Part shown: in pieces, positions 38,064 to 50,597 of the stretch | Position numbering within the stretch: the first letter of the stretch is position 1 | How the letters are laid out: every line of letters begins with the position of its first letter | Assembly (NCBI GenBank): GCA_030390025.1 | Contig: CM059432.1 | Coordinates: 57,352,001-57,416,000 of the forward strand | Origin: Squalus acanthias | Lineage: Eukaryota | Reading direction: 5' to 3' | DNA: 64,000 nucleotides | Made by a program: the position numbers and the translations under genes | The notes under the pieces: generated by a model | The model's database searches: none | Told to the model about the DNA's origin: nothing | Seen by the model: only the letters and a program-made list of their open reading frames with translations

Positions 38064-40569
38064 ATAGACTTCGGTATGCCTGCTAAAAGTGCTGAAAGAC
38101 CTGTGCAACAAAAGTTCTGCCACCTGAAACTGATCCCTGTTGAAAGCTGCGTTTTAATGGTGGAGCTGCAGCTGTGAGGAGGCCACCCACTTGTCAACCC
38201 GCCAGGATTAGCTGGCGTGGTTTAGGAGGGCTGTGCAACACACTGAAAATGTGGTAAAATAACGAAGGCCTGGCAAAATAGGATTATAGAGGCCCTTAAC
38301 TACTATTTAATGATCTTAACTATCTTTCCCGACTGATGGAGTCGGGACCGAATCGCACCCATGAAACCCACCTCCGGCAAAATTGCGCGGAGGCAGGTTG
38401 GAAGCAGGGTCCGAACCCACCCTCACTTTTTGCGATTTTCCCAACTGTCCCGCCTCCAAACCCGCCTACTCGGGGCTGGGAAAATCGCTCCCATGAATTG
38501 GGTGCGCAAGCTCACACATGATTTGTAGCATGCCAAATTTTGTGAGGCCCAATCATGCTACCCCACCAAATGTCGCAAACCTGATTTTGTAACCTGTGCT
38601 CATCACCAGTGAGTCTGTGCACTGAGAAAGGAACCGTATAAAATTTGGCTCTATAAAGCTGGATCAGGTTATTTTTATAGTTATATCGCAGCAGACAAGA
38701 CACAGTGGATTACTGGAACTATTCCAGCAATAACAACCATGGAACGCTAATAGAATTTTACAGATTTGTTTTGTTGCAGGGTACAGAGAGAAAATGTAAT
38801 AATTTTCAAATGGTTGACTATCCAGCGAGGGAGATCTCTATCATAGACTGCTACATTTACTAAAAGTCTAGCATTCATTTTGATAATTTTAAGATTTAAT
38901 TACTTCCGATAACTGATGCTGTTGCAGCAAAAGCCATGCATAATGACAGCTAGCTCATTGCCCAAGTGTATTTCCAGTACTAGGCAGACCTGATAAGCAA
39001 TCAACCAAAGCAGACCACCATCCATCACAGCAGTGGATACGGTGACTGCGATCAATATCTTGGCTATTTTAAGTAAGAACCTGCTATTTTTAAATCCAGG
39101 TTTTTGGAGCAATGTGTTCTGAATTTCAAAAAAAGAATTTATAGATATCGTTCTGGCACTACTGGGTTAGTTCAACAGACATCACTTGAGTGTGGGCTTC
39201 ATTAATTTATGTGGAAGGAGTGTTTTTTAAAGTGACCTTCACTTCCTACTGTTTGCATCATTCTAATTTAATAGTTATTATTTATGGGTGCCAATTTGCA
39301 GATGCCAGTGCAGACCCAGGGGAAGTTGGGCGTAATGGGTCTGTCTGATTGGATGAGTGCTGAACAGGTCAGGGCTCCACGGTCAGTTGAGCTTGCATCT
39401 CATTTGGGCCTGGTACTGGGAACGAGCATTAGGGATGATGGGAAACTTTAAAAGGATGCAGCCACTATAGCTAGTTAACCACATATGAGATAAACATTGA
39501 TACAGATTTGACAAAGACCAAATATTTTAATGCATATTTCAGCCATTCAAAATGCTGTTTAGGACAAAACAAATGGCTGCGACAATAAATGTGGAGGCAG
39601 TAAGCAGAACACGTGGGATTGCAATGGAGTGTCACTGCACTTGAAGCCCCTTTGAGGCCTCACAGGGTGGATGTGTTGCTGCATGGGATGCTTGTGAGGA
39701 GGGTTGCTTTGTTTGCCACACAAGGGCACCTTCCCAGAGAACATCATGCAAACATGTTTCGCAGTAGGTGATGGCACCTCAAGACTACAATCAGGGCTCC
39801 CTTAGTGCGGCACTGAAGTATCATCACTTCCTGCGAAGCATGCTTCCTTGTGTCCTCTGGGCAGGTGCGCTGGTATGGCTTAATGCTGAAACCATTACCT
39901 ATGAGACCTGAGAACAATTGAGGAAGAACATGACACATCTTAAGAAGCTGCCATAGTAAATCTACTCAACCATTCCATTTATCAAGTACATGGCCCACAT
40001 ATCCCTATCACAAAGTGTTGCTGGGAAACTTGTTCCATATTTATTGCTGACCCATACCAATCCCTCACATAACCATACACCTCTTTCATTTCTGACCATG
40101 CATACCGATAGGGCACATATTATAGATGTAATTTACAATTTAAATAGTTGGGACACTCACATCTTCAATAGACTACAGCAACAATAACATCTTGCATTCA
40201 TATAGTGCCTTTAACATAGAAGGAGATATTATGAAGGATGAACAAAAGCTTGGTCGAAGAGGAGGGTTTTAAGGAGGGTCTTAAAGGACGAGAGGGTGTT
40301 GAAGAGACGGAGGTGGAGGATTCACACATAAAAGCACTGTATACAACCTACTCGACTGATGCATGGCCACTTAATAACACCCACAATTGGTTGAAACTTT
40401 AGCACATATTCTGTCACTGTGCATGTGTTCCAATATGTCAAGACTACGTCTCTGCTTCTGCAACAAGATGGCACTTAATACAAGAAAATAGTCCTGAACT
40501 GGAAGAGGATTCATAAATTACTAGCTCTTGACTCCCTTTGAGGAGCCCACCCTAGACGAGCTGCCTAAA

Positions 40570-40885
40570 CAAAAGAAAAAGCTTAAATTTATATAGGATA
40601 TTTTATGTCCTCAGGGCATCACAAAGCACTTCACGGCTAATGAATGGCTTTTTAAAAAATACGGTCTTTTTTGTTGGCAAATATAGCAGCCGATTTTCAC
40701 ATAGCAAGGCCTCACAAACAGCAAAAGACCAATGAATCTGTTTTGGTGGTTTTGGTTGAGAGACAAATATTGGTCAGGACACCAGGAGAACTCTCTACTT
40801 TTATCTCAGTGGTGCTACAGGAAATTTTACATTCACTTGAACAGGCAGATAGGGCCTTCTGTCTAACTTGCGATGCTATGGCAGT
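40570..40885 (-). mobile_element. Degenerate Deu-type SINE
   Basis: Collinear weak similarity to 24598-24960. Confidence 0.6.
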
Positions 40886-41039
40886 GCCATCTATTGCACC
40901 CTGCACATTGGGAAACCCAGCAAATTGATAAAACTGTATGGCTTCAACACACTGCTGCCTTTTTATTAAACTAAATTAATTCCCATCCACACCTAATGAA
41001 TGCATGCATAAATGGCACACTGCCTGATATTGCACAAGT

Positions 41040-41535
41040 GTACTGTGACCGCTTAAAATGAGTTGATGGCATAAAAGTTGAGTGCCTCGGTAACTTTTGC
41101 TGCCAAAAGCAGAGCTGTTCAGGCAGATGATCGTGGCTGCAGGACTTCATACAAAAGCTGGTACAGCTCTTCTATAGCCTCTTTGGAGAAGCTCACCCTT
41201 CTCACACCGAGTTCCTCACTAAGATCTGGCAGCAGGTCTTCTTCCAGCAGGCTGCAAATGTCTGCTGCGACCTAACGTGATAGCCTGAGCTTCCTGAGGC
41301 ACTGGTGTTCAATCATGCCCAGGAAGCTGATCCTCTGCCTATATAGCCTGTGTTGCGGGTATAGCCTCCTGTGAGCTGCACCCCTGTGCTCATCCCCTCT
41401 CTCCCATGGAGCGGCAGGTCGGTGAGGAGACGGCTGTTGCTGCTTCTACTGGTGTTGCTGGTGTTGTTGCTGCTGGTGCTCATCCTGGTCCTCATCTGAG
41501 GTCCAAGGTGAAACAGCATAAGCGGCACCCATGCT
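41040..41535 (-). pseudogene. Harbinger transposase N-terminal remnant
   Basis: MGAAYAVSPWTSDEDQDEHQQQ.. and RLRLSR..ADIC resemble the family A N-terminus. Confidence 0.7.
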
Positions 41536-41573
41536 GATCTGATATATGACAGAGTGGAGATCAGACACACAGT

Positions 41574-41630
41574 CCTCCAATGTAGTGAGAGTGACCTCCA
41601 ATGTAGTGAGAGTGACCTCCAATGTAGTGA
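41574..41630 (+). repeat. 21-bp tandem repeat, about 2.7 copies
   Basis: Unit cctccaatgtagtgagagtga. Confidence 0.9.
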
Positions 41631-41804
41631 TGGGGTGTAACCAAGGCAAAAATCAATCCTATTATCTTAACATTGACATGGTGAATGTGTCAAAAAGAAT
41701 ATTGTCATAGTGCCACAAAAAAACAGAAATAAAGGAAGACTTGCATTTATATAGTGCCTTTCACGACCTCAGGACGTCACAAAGCTCTTTGGGGTAATTT
41801 TAAT

Positions 41805-42920
41805 GGTGTGTGACTTGGAGGGAAACTTGTAGGTAGTAGTGTTCCCATGCACCTGCTGCCCTTGTCCTTCTAGGTGGTAGAGGTCACGGGTTTGGGAGGT
41901 GCTGCCATCTACAAGGCACAAGTCAGGAGTGTGATGGAATACTCTCCACTTGCCTGGATGAGTGCAGTTGCAACAACACTCAAGAAGCTCGACAGCATCC
42001 ATGACAAAGCAGCCCGCTTGATTGGCACCCCATCCACCACCTTAAACATTCAATCCCTCGCTGCACCGTGTACCATCTACAAGATGCACTGCAGCAACTC
42101 ACCAAGGGATCTTCGACAGCACCTCCCAAACCTGCAACCTCTACCACCTAGAAGGACAAGGGCTACAGGCGCATGGGAACACAATCACCTGCAAGTGCCC
42201 CTCCAAGTCACACACCATACTGACTTGGAAATATATCGACGTTCCTTCATTGTCGCTGGGTCAAAATCCTGGAACTCCCTCCCTAACAGCACTGTGGGAG
42301 TACCTTCACCACACGGACTGCAGTGGTTCAAGAAGGCGGTTCACCACCACCTTCCCATGGGCAATTAGGGATGAAAGAAAGAAAGACTTACATTTATATA
42401 GCGCCTTTCACGACCACCGGACATCTCAAAGCGCTTTACAACCAATGAAGTTTTTTTTTGAAGTGTAGTCACTGTTGTAATGTGTAAACACAGCAGCCAA
42501 TTTGCACACAGCAAGCTCCCATAAACAGCAATGTGATAATGACCAGATAATTTGTACACAGCAAGCTCCCATAAACAGCAAATGTGATAATGACCAGATA
42601 ATTTGTTTTTGTTGAGGGATAAATATTGGCCAGGACACCAGGGATAACTCCCCTGCTCATCTTCAAAATAGTGCCATGGGATCTTTCATGTCCACCTGAA
42701 AAAGCAGACAGGGCCTCGGTTTAACATCTCATCTGAAAGACGGCACCTCCGACAGTGCAGCACTCCCTCAGCACTGCACTGGAGTGTCAGCCTAGCTTTA
42801 TGTGTCCCTGAGGTGGGACTTGAACCCACAATCTTCTGACTCAGAGGCGAGTGGTGCTACCAACAGAGCCACAGCTGATGGACAATAAATGCTGGCCTTG
42901 CAGGAATGAATATTTAAAAA
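41805..42920 (+). mobile_element. Second-family LINE 3' end with an inverted 5' piece and a SINE inserted in its tail
   Basis: IYKAQVRSVMEYSPLAW ORF; 41805-41906 is the same family in minus orientation; tail resumes after 42878. Confidence 0.85.
42375..42878 (-). mobile_element. Deu-domain tRNA SINE with an internal tandem duplication of about 50 bp
   Basis: B-box ggttcaagtccc on minus; homologous to 24598-25072; cacagcaagctcccataaacagc..ccagataat occurs twice. Confidence 0.88.
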
Positions 42921-43659
42921 AATCTAAACCTCAAAACCTTTTTTCTAAAAATAGTGTTGGCCTATGACTTGGTACAATTAAGTCGCAATCAATTTGTCAA
43001 TCTTAGAAAAAAATATATAAATAATGAACACACGCTTTGCGAAACACTGGTAAAATATTATTTCTAAGGTTTTATCAGTGATCTCTGGTAGACAGCGAAT
43101 GAAGGAAAATGTGGCCTCTATATATAATTGGAATGTATTGATGACAGCTGCCTATTGTTGTGAAAATGGCACTTGTACTTTTGTTTCTCAGCCTGGGTGG
43201 ATTGATTTTATGTACGAGGATGTGGGGCCACTGTGTACTTGTGTTTATCAAAGACTTCACTTCAAAGCTTTGGGGGGAGGGAGGGGGGGCAGTGATTGAC
43301 TGCACTAAAGGATGGCGCACTTCAAAGGTCAGTACAGAAAATCCACAATGCAGGTGAAAAAACAATCTGTATGTTCATCAAAGGCAGTGAGAGGGACTAA
43401 AAGAGATATAGACATAGAAAGGCTGATTCCATGGTCATGCAAAAACATGGCCTGTGCCCTCAGTGCTCACATGAGCACCCTTGCTGGTAGAGTGGGACTC
43501 CGACCCTGCTGGATTCCTCACATCATCTTGCACGTGCCCAAATAGTTGTGCCTAAGCCATATGACGTAATTCCTAGGCTGCCTGCAGGTAGGTGCCAGCT
43601 CCCTGCTGTGCCAGGGTACCTGCCTCTCCTCTCTAAGTGGGAATTCTACTTTCTTCTCC

Positions 43660-43845
43660 AAATATATTTAAGAGGGAATTAGATATATTTCTACAGGCAA
43701 AAGGGGTTAAGGGTTACGGAGAGAAGGCGGGGACGGGATACTGAATTGGAGGATCAGCCATGATCTCATTAAATGGCGGAGCAGGCTCGAAGGGCCGGAT
43801 GGCCTACTCCTGCTCCTATCTTCTATGTATCTATGTATCTATGTA
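43660..43845 (+). mobile_element. CR1 3' UTR and tail
   Basis: gatcagccatgatctcatt..ggcctactcctgctcct followed by (tatgtatc)n. Confidence 0.85.
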
Positions 43846-44350
43846 AATCCAGGATAGCCATTGGCAGGCCCAACGGAATGACCCGTGGCCAGCACTGTCT
43901 AGAGCTGCAGGTGCAAACTGATAGCAGCAGGAATTCTAAGAGTGCTGAAATAAAGGAACCCATCAGCAAGCATAGGGGAAAAAACACTAGCAATAGTGTA
44001 CAATGGCCAGTTTGTCACATCAAAACCTGGAGTCAATGCAAGTCTTATAAATATCCCAACCTAGGGAAGTGGTAGAGTTCTTCCATGAACATCTGGCAGG
44101 CTTCCCTGTCTGTCCTTTATACAGGCACTCAGCAAATCAAGAAATGAATCCAAAATCGGCCTATGTTGTAATAATTCACATAGTTTTATCATGAGTAATG
44201 AGGGCAGCACATGCACATGGCGCTGCTAGGGTTGCCAATACTCCCGGATTTTCCAGGAGTCTCCTGGAATTGAGGATAGATCTCCCGGGCACTGCTGCGA
44301 GCAACTCGGAGGAAAATAGGAAATAGAGTTGATGGGCAGCGCTGGTGCAC

Positions 44351-44727
44351 CATAGAATCATAGAATAGTACAGCATAGAAGGAGGCCATTCGGCCCATCG
44401 AATCTGCGCCGGCTCTATCGAAGAGCAATCCAGTTAGTCCCACTCCACCGCTCTTTCCTCATATCCCTGCAATTTTTTTTCTCCTTCAAGTATTTATCCA
44501 ATTCCCTTTTGAAGGCTACTATTGAATCTGTATCCACCACCCTATCAGGCAGTGCCTTCCAAATCCTAACCGCTCATTGCGTTAAAAAAGTTTTTCCTCG
44601 TGTCGCCTCTGGTTCTTTTGCCAATCACCTTAAATCTGTGTCCTCTGGTTATCGACCCTTCAGCCAATGGAAGCACTTTCTCTTCATTTACTGTATCTAA
44701 ACCCTTCATTATTTTAAACACTTTAAA
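44351..44727 (-). mobile_element. CR1 3' end (different subfamily)
   Basis: VFKIMKGLD..TRGHRFK on minus; tail catagaatcatagaa on +. Confidence 0.85.
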
Positions 44728-45702
44728 CAATGAGAGGAGGCAGAGTTTTGACAGGTGGGTGAGGAGGCCATTAGGCATGGGGGCGGGGCAGTTTTCTATT
44801 CGCAGTTTAGGCTGTGCTGGAGCACTGTTTGTATTTTTGCTGTAGCAATAACCATTTTAGGTAATTATGTGTCGTAATTTTGCTATTTCAGTAGTTCCTT
44901 TTTCCATTTGCCTCCCCCTCACTTTTGCTGCATCTTTTCCCAAATCTGTAGCCTGGCTGTGAGTGAATTGTCAGCTCATTTTGGGACTGAAGTGGTTGGA
45001 AAGCACTGCTGGACTTTTCTCTCATCCCTCTGAATAATTGTTTTTCTCCCTATTGTTTTTCATTGAAGTGGAGGGCGAAGTGGCAAGTAAATTCCCGCCC
45101 TTCAGCTCCCAGTTCCTGTTTGTGTGGTGGGATTGCCAACCCTCCCGGATTACAGAATGTTATTCTTTTGTTTGAGTTGATAAAGAATTAATCACCTTCA
45201 ATTTGTACGAGGTGGTGGGGTATCAGAGAGAACACCTCTTGGGGCTGTGGGAGGTCAGAGAGTACACCTTCCAGAGGTGATGGGGCACTCGGAAAATTTC
45301 CCAATTGCCTGCATCATAAACTTGAAAAACATCTGTTTTTGTGGCACCTGGAGTTCAAATCCGCATTTTTGATTACGCCTCTGTGAAGTTCCTTGGGACA
45401 TTTTTTCGACATTAAAAGCGGCATATAAATGCAAGTTGTTGAGTGCGCTAAAGCCTACCCAACTCCTTGATTTTGCAGGCCCTGTGTACTGCGGGGGGAG
45501 GAGCCACTCCCTGAGTGCATCATTGTGCAATTACATCCAGAGAGAGAGAGAAATGGGCTGGGAATTTCCTTGGAGCTGCTTCGGCTCTGCCGCTGCAAAT
45601 GGGGTTTCCGCCACACTTCCAGAGAAGTTACGGTGGCAGAGTGGGAACAGTTGCGAGGAAATTCCTGGTCCATTGACAGAGAGAGAGACAAAGAGAGACG
45701 AA

Positions 45703-46466
45703 GGGCTGGATTTTCAATGACCCGTGGAGTCGGGTTTGGAGGCGTGTGGGGGGTTAAAGTTGCAGATTCGGGGGTCCCGACCCCATCCCGCCTCCAACCC
45801 ACCTCCACACAATTTTGATAAAATCGTGTGCGGTGTTCCTGACTCCGTCCCGCCTCCAAGAGGCGGGAGAGGCCATTAAAGCCCTTAACAAGCCCTAAAT
45901 TGGCTCTGTAATGCCATTTTGAAACGTTTTAGCTAGTTTAACCCTTTTCTGACGTGAAGCACGCCTGATGTGAAACACGCCAGTGAAACCTGGCGGGAGC
46001 GCAAGTGGATAGCTGACTATCAGCTGCAGGTCCACTATTACAACGGAGATGTGAGATGTGATGAAGGTAGTAGTAGTATTAGGTCTGAAAGTCGCCTCTG
46101 ATGCTGCTGCAATGTCTTCAGAGACTGTCGGGGCCTTTGGAGGACCTGGATGGAAAAAAAAATTCTCTCTCTCTCTCGCTCTCTCTCTGCTGAGATGCTG
46201 CTCATTTTGCATCCAGGTCCTTTCACAGCAAAGGCCAGGTAATCTCTGAGACCAGACCAGGCAGTCTCTGACCTACAATGATGACATCATCAGAGGCGAC
46301 TTTCAGACTGAAACCACTAATTGGGTCATGGGTTCCCACATGCTGGAACTCAATTGCCCAATTAAGTGAAAATTGCATCAATCTCCCACATCCAATTTCA
46401 GGCGGGTGGATAACACGAAATGCGGATGACACGACCCCAACCCGATCCCAAGACAAAATCCAGCCC
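45703..46466. mobile_element. Non-autonomous Harbinger (family B-like TIRs)
   Basis: gggctggattttc / gacaaaatccagccc; subterminal cccgcctcc motifs shared with families A and B. Confidence 0.8.
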
Positions 46467-47382
46467 AAAGAGAGGAAGAAAAATGGTTAGAAAGACACAG
46501 ACAGACAGAGACTGAAGCCCTGATTTTAACTCGGGGCAGGAATCAGCCGGACAAGGGCCGAGGCAGGCAGCAAACCATCCTGACCTCAGCAGCATGAGAC
46601 CCGGATGATTTTAATTCCCGCACATCAATGCCTTTTCACGCGTGCCAGACACATGGCAGATCACAAATAAATCTGACAAGCCTGATGGCAGATGTCCAAC
46701 TCTGACACCTCCACTGATTGACTGGCTCTAAGAAAGTGCACTAAAGCAGCTTTGGGTGACATGCCCGTTAATATTTCCCTTCTTTCTTATGTGGTTGTTC
46801 TAAGCCTCTGCTTGACACTTTCCCCTAAAGGCATCACTGAGATCAGGAACTTGGTACGTGTTGAATTGTGTCTGTATGTCCTATTGCTTCACAGCACAAT
46901 ACTTCAGTAAAATACTTCAGTAAAATACTTCAGTGCCACCTCACAACTCTGTCAGTCACCTAAACAAAAATGAAACTGTGTAAGGGCTGAGAAATAACTA
47001 TACATATACTTTGGGGAATTATTTGCTGCTATCGGCTGCTTTGAATAGGAGAGGGTTAAGTGAGCTTATCTGAAAACAATGACAGTAGCACTTCATAAAT
47101 GAGTTTCTATTTTTATTTATGTGCCTGTAATCAAGTTCCATTGCAGCAGCCAAACTGCAACTTGACAGAAACTATATGAAACATTTGACATTTTACAAAA
47201 GGAAAATAAAAACAGAGGATCTACAATGTTAAATACAGTTGATGCCTGATAAATTTAGAACTAATTTACTAAATAAGTTTGGTACAGATTTTATCATAAG
47301 AAAAATAAATAGGAAGTGTCTTGATATCTTGATATTTCGCTCATTTAAGCACTTATCTGGACTAATGTTAAAACACTCCTGC

Positions 47383-48705
47383 TTTTCATATTGAAGGTTG
47401 GGAATGTTTGATTCATTTCTATAATTCTTGTTATCCTTGGTTTAATTTCTTGAACATTTGATTGTGGGGATTATCTGCTATAAGAGGACCCTAGGCCCTA
47501 TATTTGGACTGTTGGGATTATTACTGCTACATCCACACATCTCAATATGGGTGTAAAACAGCATTAAATTAACAATCCAGATGACAACTGGGAGGTGGAT
47601 CTAAATAATACTACGAGCTCAGTAGTGAAATTCTAAGCAGGTTTTATTAACATGGACAGTCTTAAGACAATAATAAGTTTAATTAATTATTTTAATGCAT
47701 AACAGAATTTGCAATGTAAAATGTATATGCATTGTGATTCTTCATGAAGCAATACAAATTATTTGTTTAGACATCACTGCTTCATCCAATATGTGTAACA
47801 AAGCCATTATCGTTACATTATGTTAATATAGTGCTTGGAATAGAACTCTGGGAAACGTTTGCAACTGCAATAATTTGTGAAGAAATTATGTTTTGAAACT
47901 GGAACAAGCTAAACTATTTCTGTTTTTCTCTCCTTGCTTCACTCAGAGTACTAGCTCTCAGAAAGATATGGATCGAGAGTTAGAATGAGCTCATCTGACA
48001 GCAGAGGAAAGGGAAAGCCAGCACCACCTGGAAGCCTTTAGCGCAATAGAGGAGGAAAAGGAGTGAGAGTGCCAACACGAGGAAGCACAATGCAGAGACA
48101 AGGAAGAGGAGAAATTGTACTAATGTTTACTTGAACCAACAGAAAAAGGCTCAATGACGAGACAAATGAATGGAGCAGTCCAGCTGATTCAGCCAGAACT
48201 CTGTGCTGAGCCATTTTTTCAAATCAAACCTCATTCCAAATTTAAAGGAAGAGAATAATTTTAATGTTTTCTAAAAGGCTTTTGAGTTGCTGTCAAACTT
48301 AACATAGGTGGAATAGTAGATCTGATGTAAAATGCAGATTGTAAAATGCAGATTGTAAAATGAGCAATTCTCCTTGCTTTTGACTTGATGCCAGAAGTGT
48401 GTAGGTGTAGACTTAAAACGTTATGGAAAGCTCAGGACTAGTTACCAAGAACTGGCAATAAAAATGGAAGATGCATTGAAATTGGGGTTAAACGGGGAAA
48501 TGTTCTAAAAATGTAAGGGCCAGTGATATGGACAATTAACCCAGTATCATATCTGCTGGGGACCTGCACCACTGACTCTCTGGGCTGGATTTTGTCTTGG
48601 GGTTGGGTTGGGGTCGTGTCATCCGCATTTCGTGTTCTCCCCCCGACTCCAGATTAATGTGGATGAATGATGCAATTTTCACTTAATTGGGCAATTGAGT
48701 TCCAG
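47383..48705 (+). repeat. Left arm of an inverted duplication of about 1.3 kb
   Basis: Reverse complement of 49050-50358; includes a MITE end from 48582. Confidence 0.95.
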
Positions 48706-48751
48706 CATGTGGGAACCCATGAACTAATTAGTGGTTTCAATCTGAAAGTCG

Positions 48752-49050
48752 CCACCTAGCTTTGTATCATCAGAAAACTTGGATACATTGCACTCGGTCC
48801 CTTCATCTAAGTCATTAATATAGATTGTAAATAGCTGAGGCCCAAGCACTGATCCTTGCGGCACCCCACTAGTTACAGCCTGCCAATCTGAAAATGACCC
48901 GTTTATCCCCACTCTCTGTTTTCTGTCAGTTAACCAATCCTTTCTCCATGCTAATACCTTACCCCAAACCCCATGTGCCCTTATCTTGCTTAACAACCTT
49001 TTATGTGGCACCTTATCGAATGCCAAATATACTACATCCACTGGTTCCCC
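48752..49050 (-). mobile_element. CR1 RT fragment in the palindrome spacer
   Basis: [10 protein letters not shown] and [10 protein letters not shown] on minus. Confidence 0.9.
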
Positions 49051-50358
49051 TGGAACTCAATTGCCCAATTAAGTGAAAATTGCATCATTCATCCACATTA
49101 ATCTGGAGTCGGGGGGAGAACACGAAATGCGGATGACATGACCCCAACCCAACCCCAAGACAAAATCCAGCCCAGAGAGTCAGTGGTGCAGGTCCCCAGC
49201 AGATACGATACTGGGTTAATTGCCCATATCACTGGCCCTTACATTTTTAGAACATTTCCCCGTTTAACCCCAATTTCAATGCATCTTCCATTTTTATTGC
49301 CAGTTCTTGGTAACTAGTCCTGAGCTTTCCATAACGTTTTAAGTCTACACCTACACACTTCTGGCATCAAGTCAAAAGCAAGGAGAATTGCTCATTTTAC
49401 AATCTGCATTTTACATCAGATCTACTATTCCACCTATGTTAAGTTTGACAGCAACTCAAAAGCCTTTTAGAAAACATTAAAATTATTCTCTTCCTTTAAA
49501 TTTGGAATGAGGTTTGATTTGAAAAAATGGCTCAGCACAGAGTTCTGGCTGAATCAGCTGGACTGCTCCATTCATTTGTCTCGTCATTGAGCCTTTTTCT
49601 GTTGGTTCAAGTAAACATTAGTACAATTTCTCCTCTTCCTTGTCTCTGCATTGTGCTTCCTCGTGTTGGCACTCTCACTCCTTTTCCTCCTCTATTGCGC
49701 TAAAGGCTTCCAGGTGGTGCTGGCTTTCCCTTTCCTCTGCTGTCAGATGAGCTCATTCTAACTCTCGATCCATATCTTTCTGAGAGCTAGTACTCTGAGT
49801 GAAGCAAGGAGAGAAAAACAGAAATAGTTTAGCTTGTTCCAGTTTCAAAACATAATTTCTTCACAAATTATTGCAGTTGCAAACGTTTCCTAGAGTTCTA
49901 TTCCAAGCACTATATTAACATAATGTAACGATAATGGCTTTGTTACACATATTGGATGCAGCAGTGATGTCTAAACAAATAATTTGTATTGCTTCATGAA
50001 GAATCACAATGCATATACATTTTACATTGCAAATTCTGTTATGCATTAAAATAATTAATTAAACTTATTATTGACTTAAGACTGTCCATGTTAATAAAAC
50101 CTGCTTAGAATTTCACTACTGAGCTCGTAATATTATTTAGATCCACCTCCCAGTTGTCATCTGGATTGTTAATTTAATGCTGTTTTACACCCATATTGAG
50201 ATGTGTGGATGTAGCAGTAATAATCCCAACAGTCCAAATATAGGGCCTAGGGTCCTCTTATAGCAGATAATCCCCACAATCAAATGTTTAAGAAATTAAA
50301 CCAAGGATAACAAGAATTATAGAAATGAATCAAACATTCCCAACCTTCAATATGAAAA
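49050..50358 (-). repeat. Right arm of the inverted duplication
   Basis: 1309 bp versus 1323 bp; the difference is one 14-bp tandem unit (gtaaaatgcagatt). Confidence 0.95.
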
Positions 50359-50597
50359 AGGGATATAGACAGTGACATAAGAAAACTACTAGGCACTTGG
50401 TCTAAGCGTTAAACAAAGCTTTAATCAACTGTTTTACAACATGGAGATCTAGTTGTCCTTCACTAGCTCCTGTTAAAGAATGTCCTGAGCAAGCTGGACC
50501 CATGCCCGAGTATTTATACTCGCCCTGGATAGCGCCACCAGCAGGCCACCCAGTATTATGACATAAGTCATTTCCCATGAATGACAAGATTCATGTC

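Larger units (their letters stand above)
32824..38492 (-). mobile_element. Harbinger family A, second copy (opposite orientation, Myb mostly deleted, hosts a family B copy)
   Basis: TIRs gggggcgattttccc / gggaaaatcgctccc; atg on both flanks; homologous to 16058-22252. Confidence 0.9.

Noticed and set aside
39600..39960. Very old Harbinger transposase relic
   Set aside because: Only faint motif echoes; cannot be supported without a profile search
47383..50358. Foldback transposon with long TIRs
   Set aside because: No TSD or modular TIR repeats, and the arms cut through a pre-existing MITE
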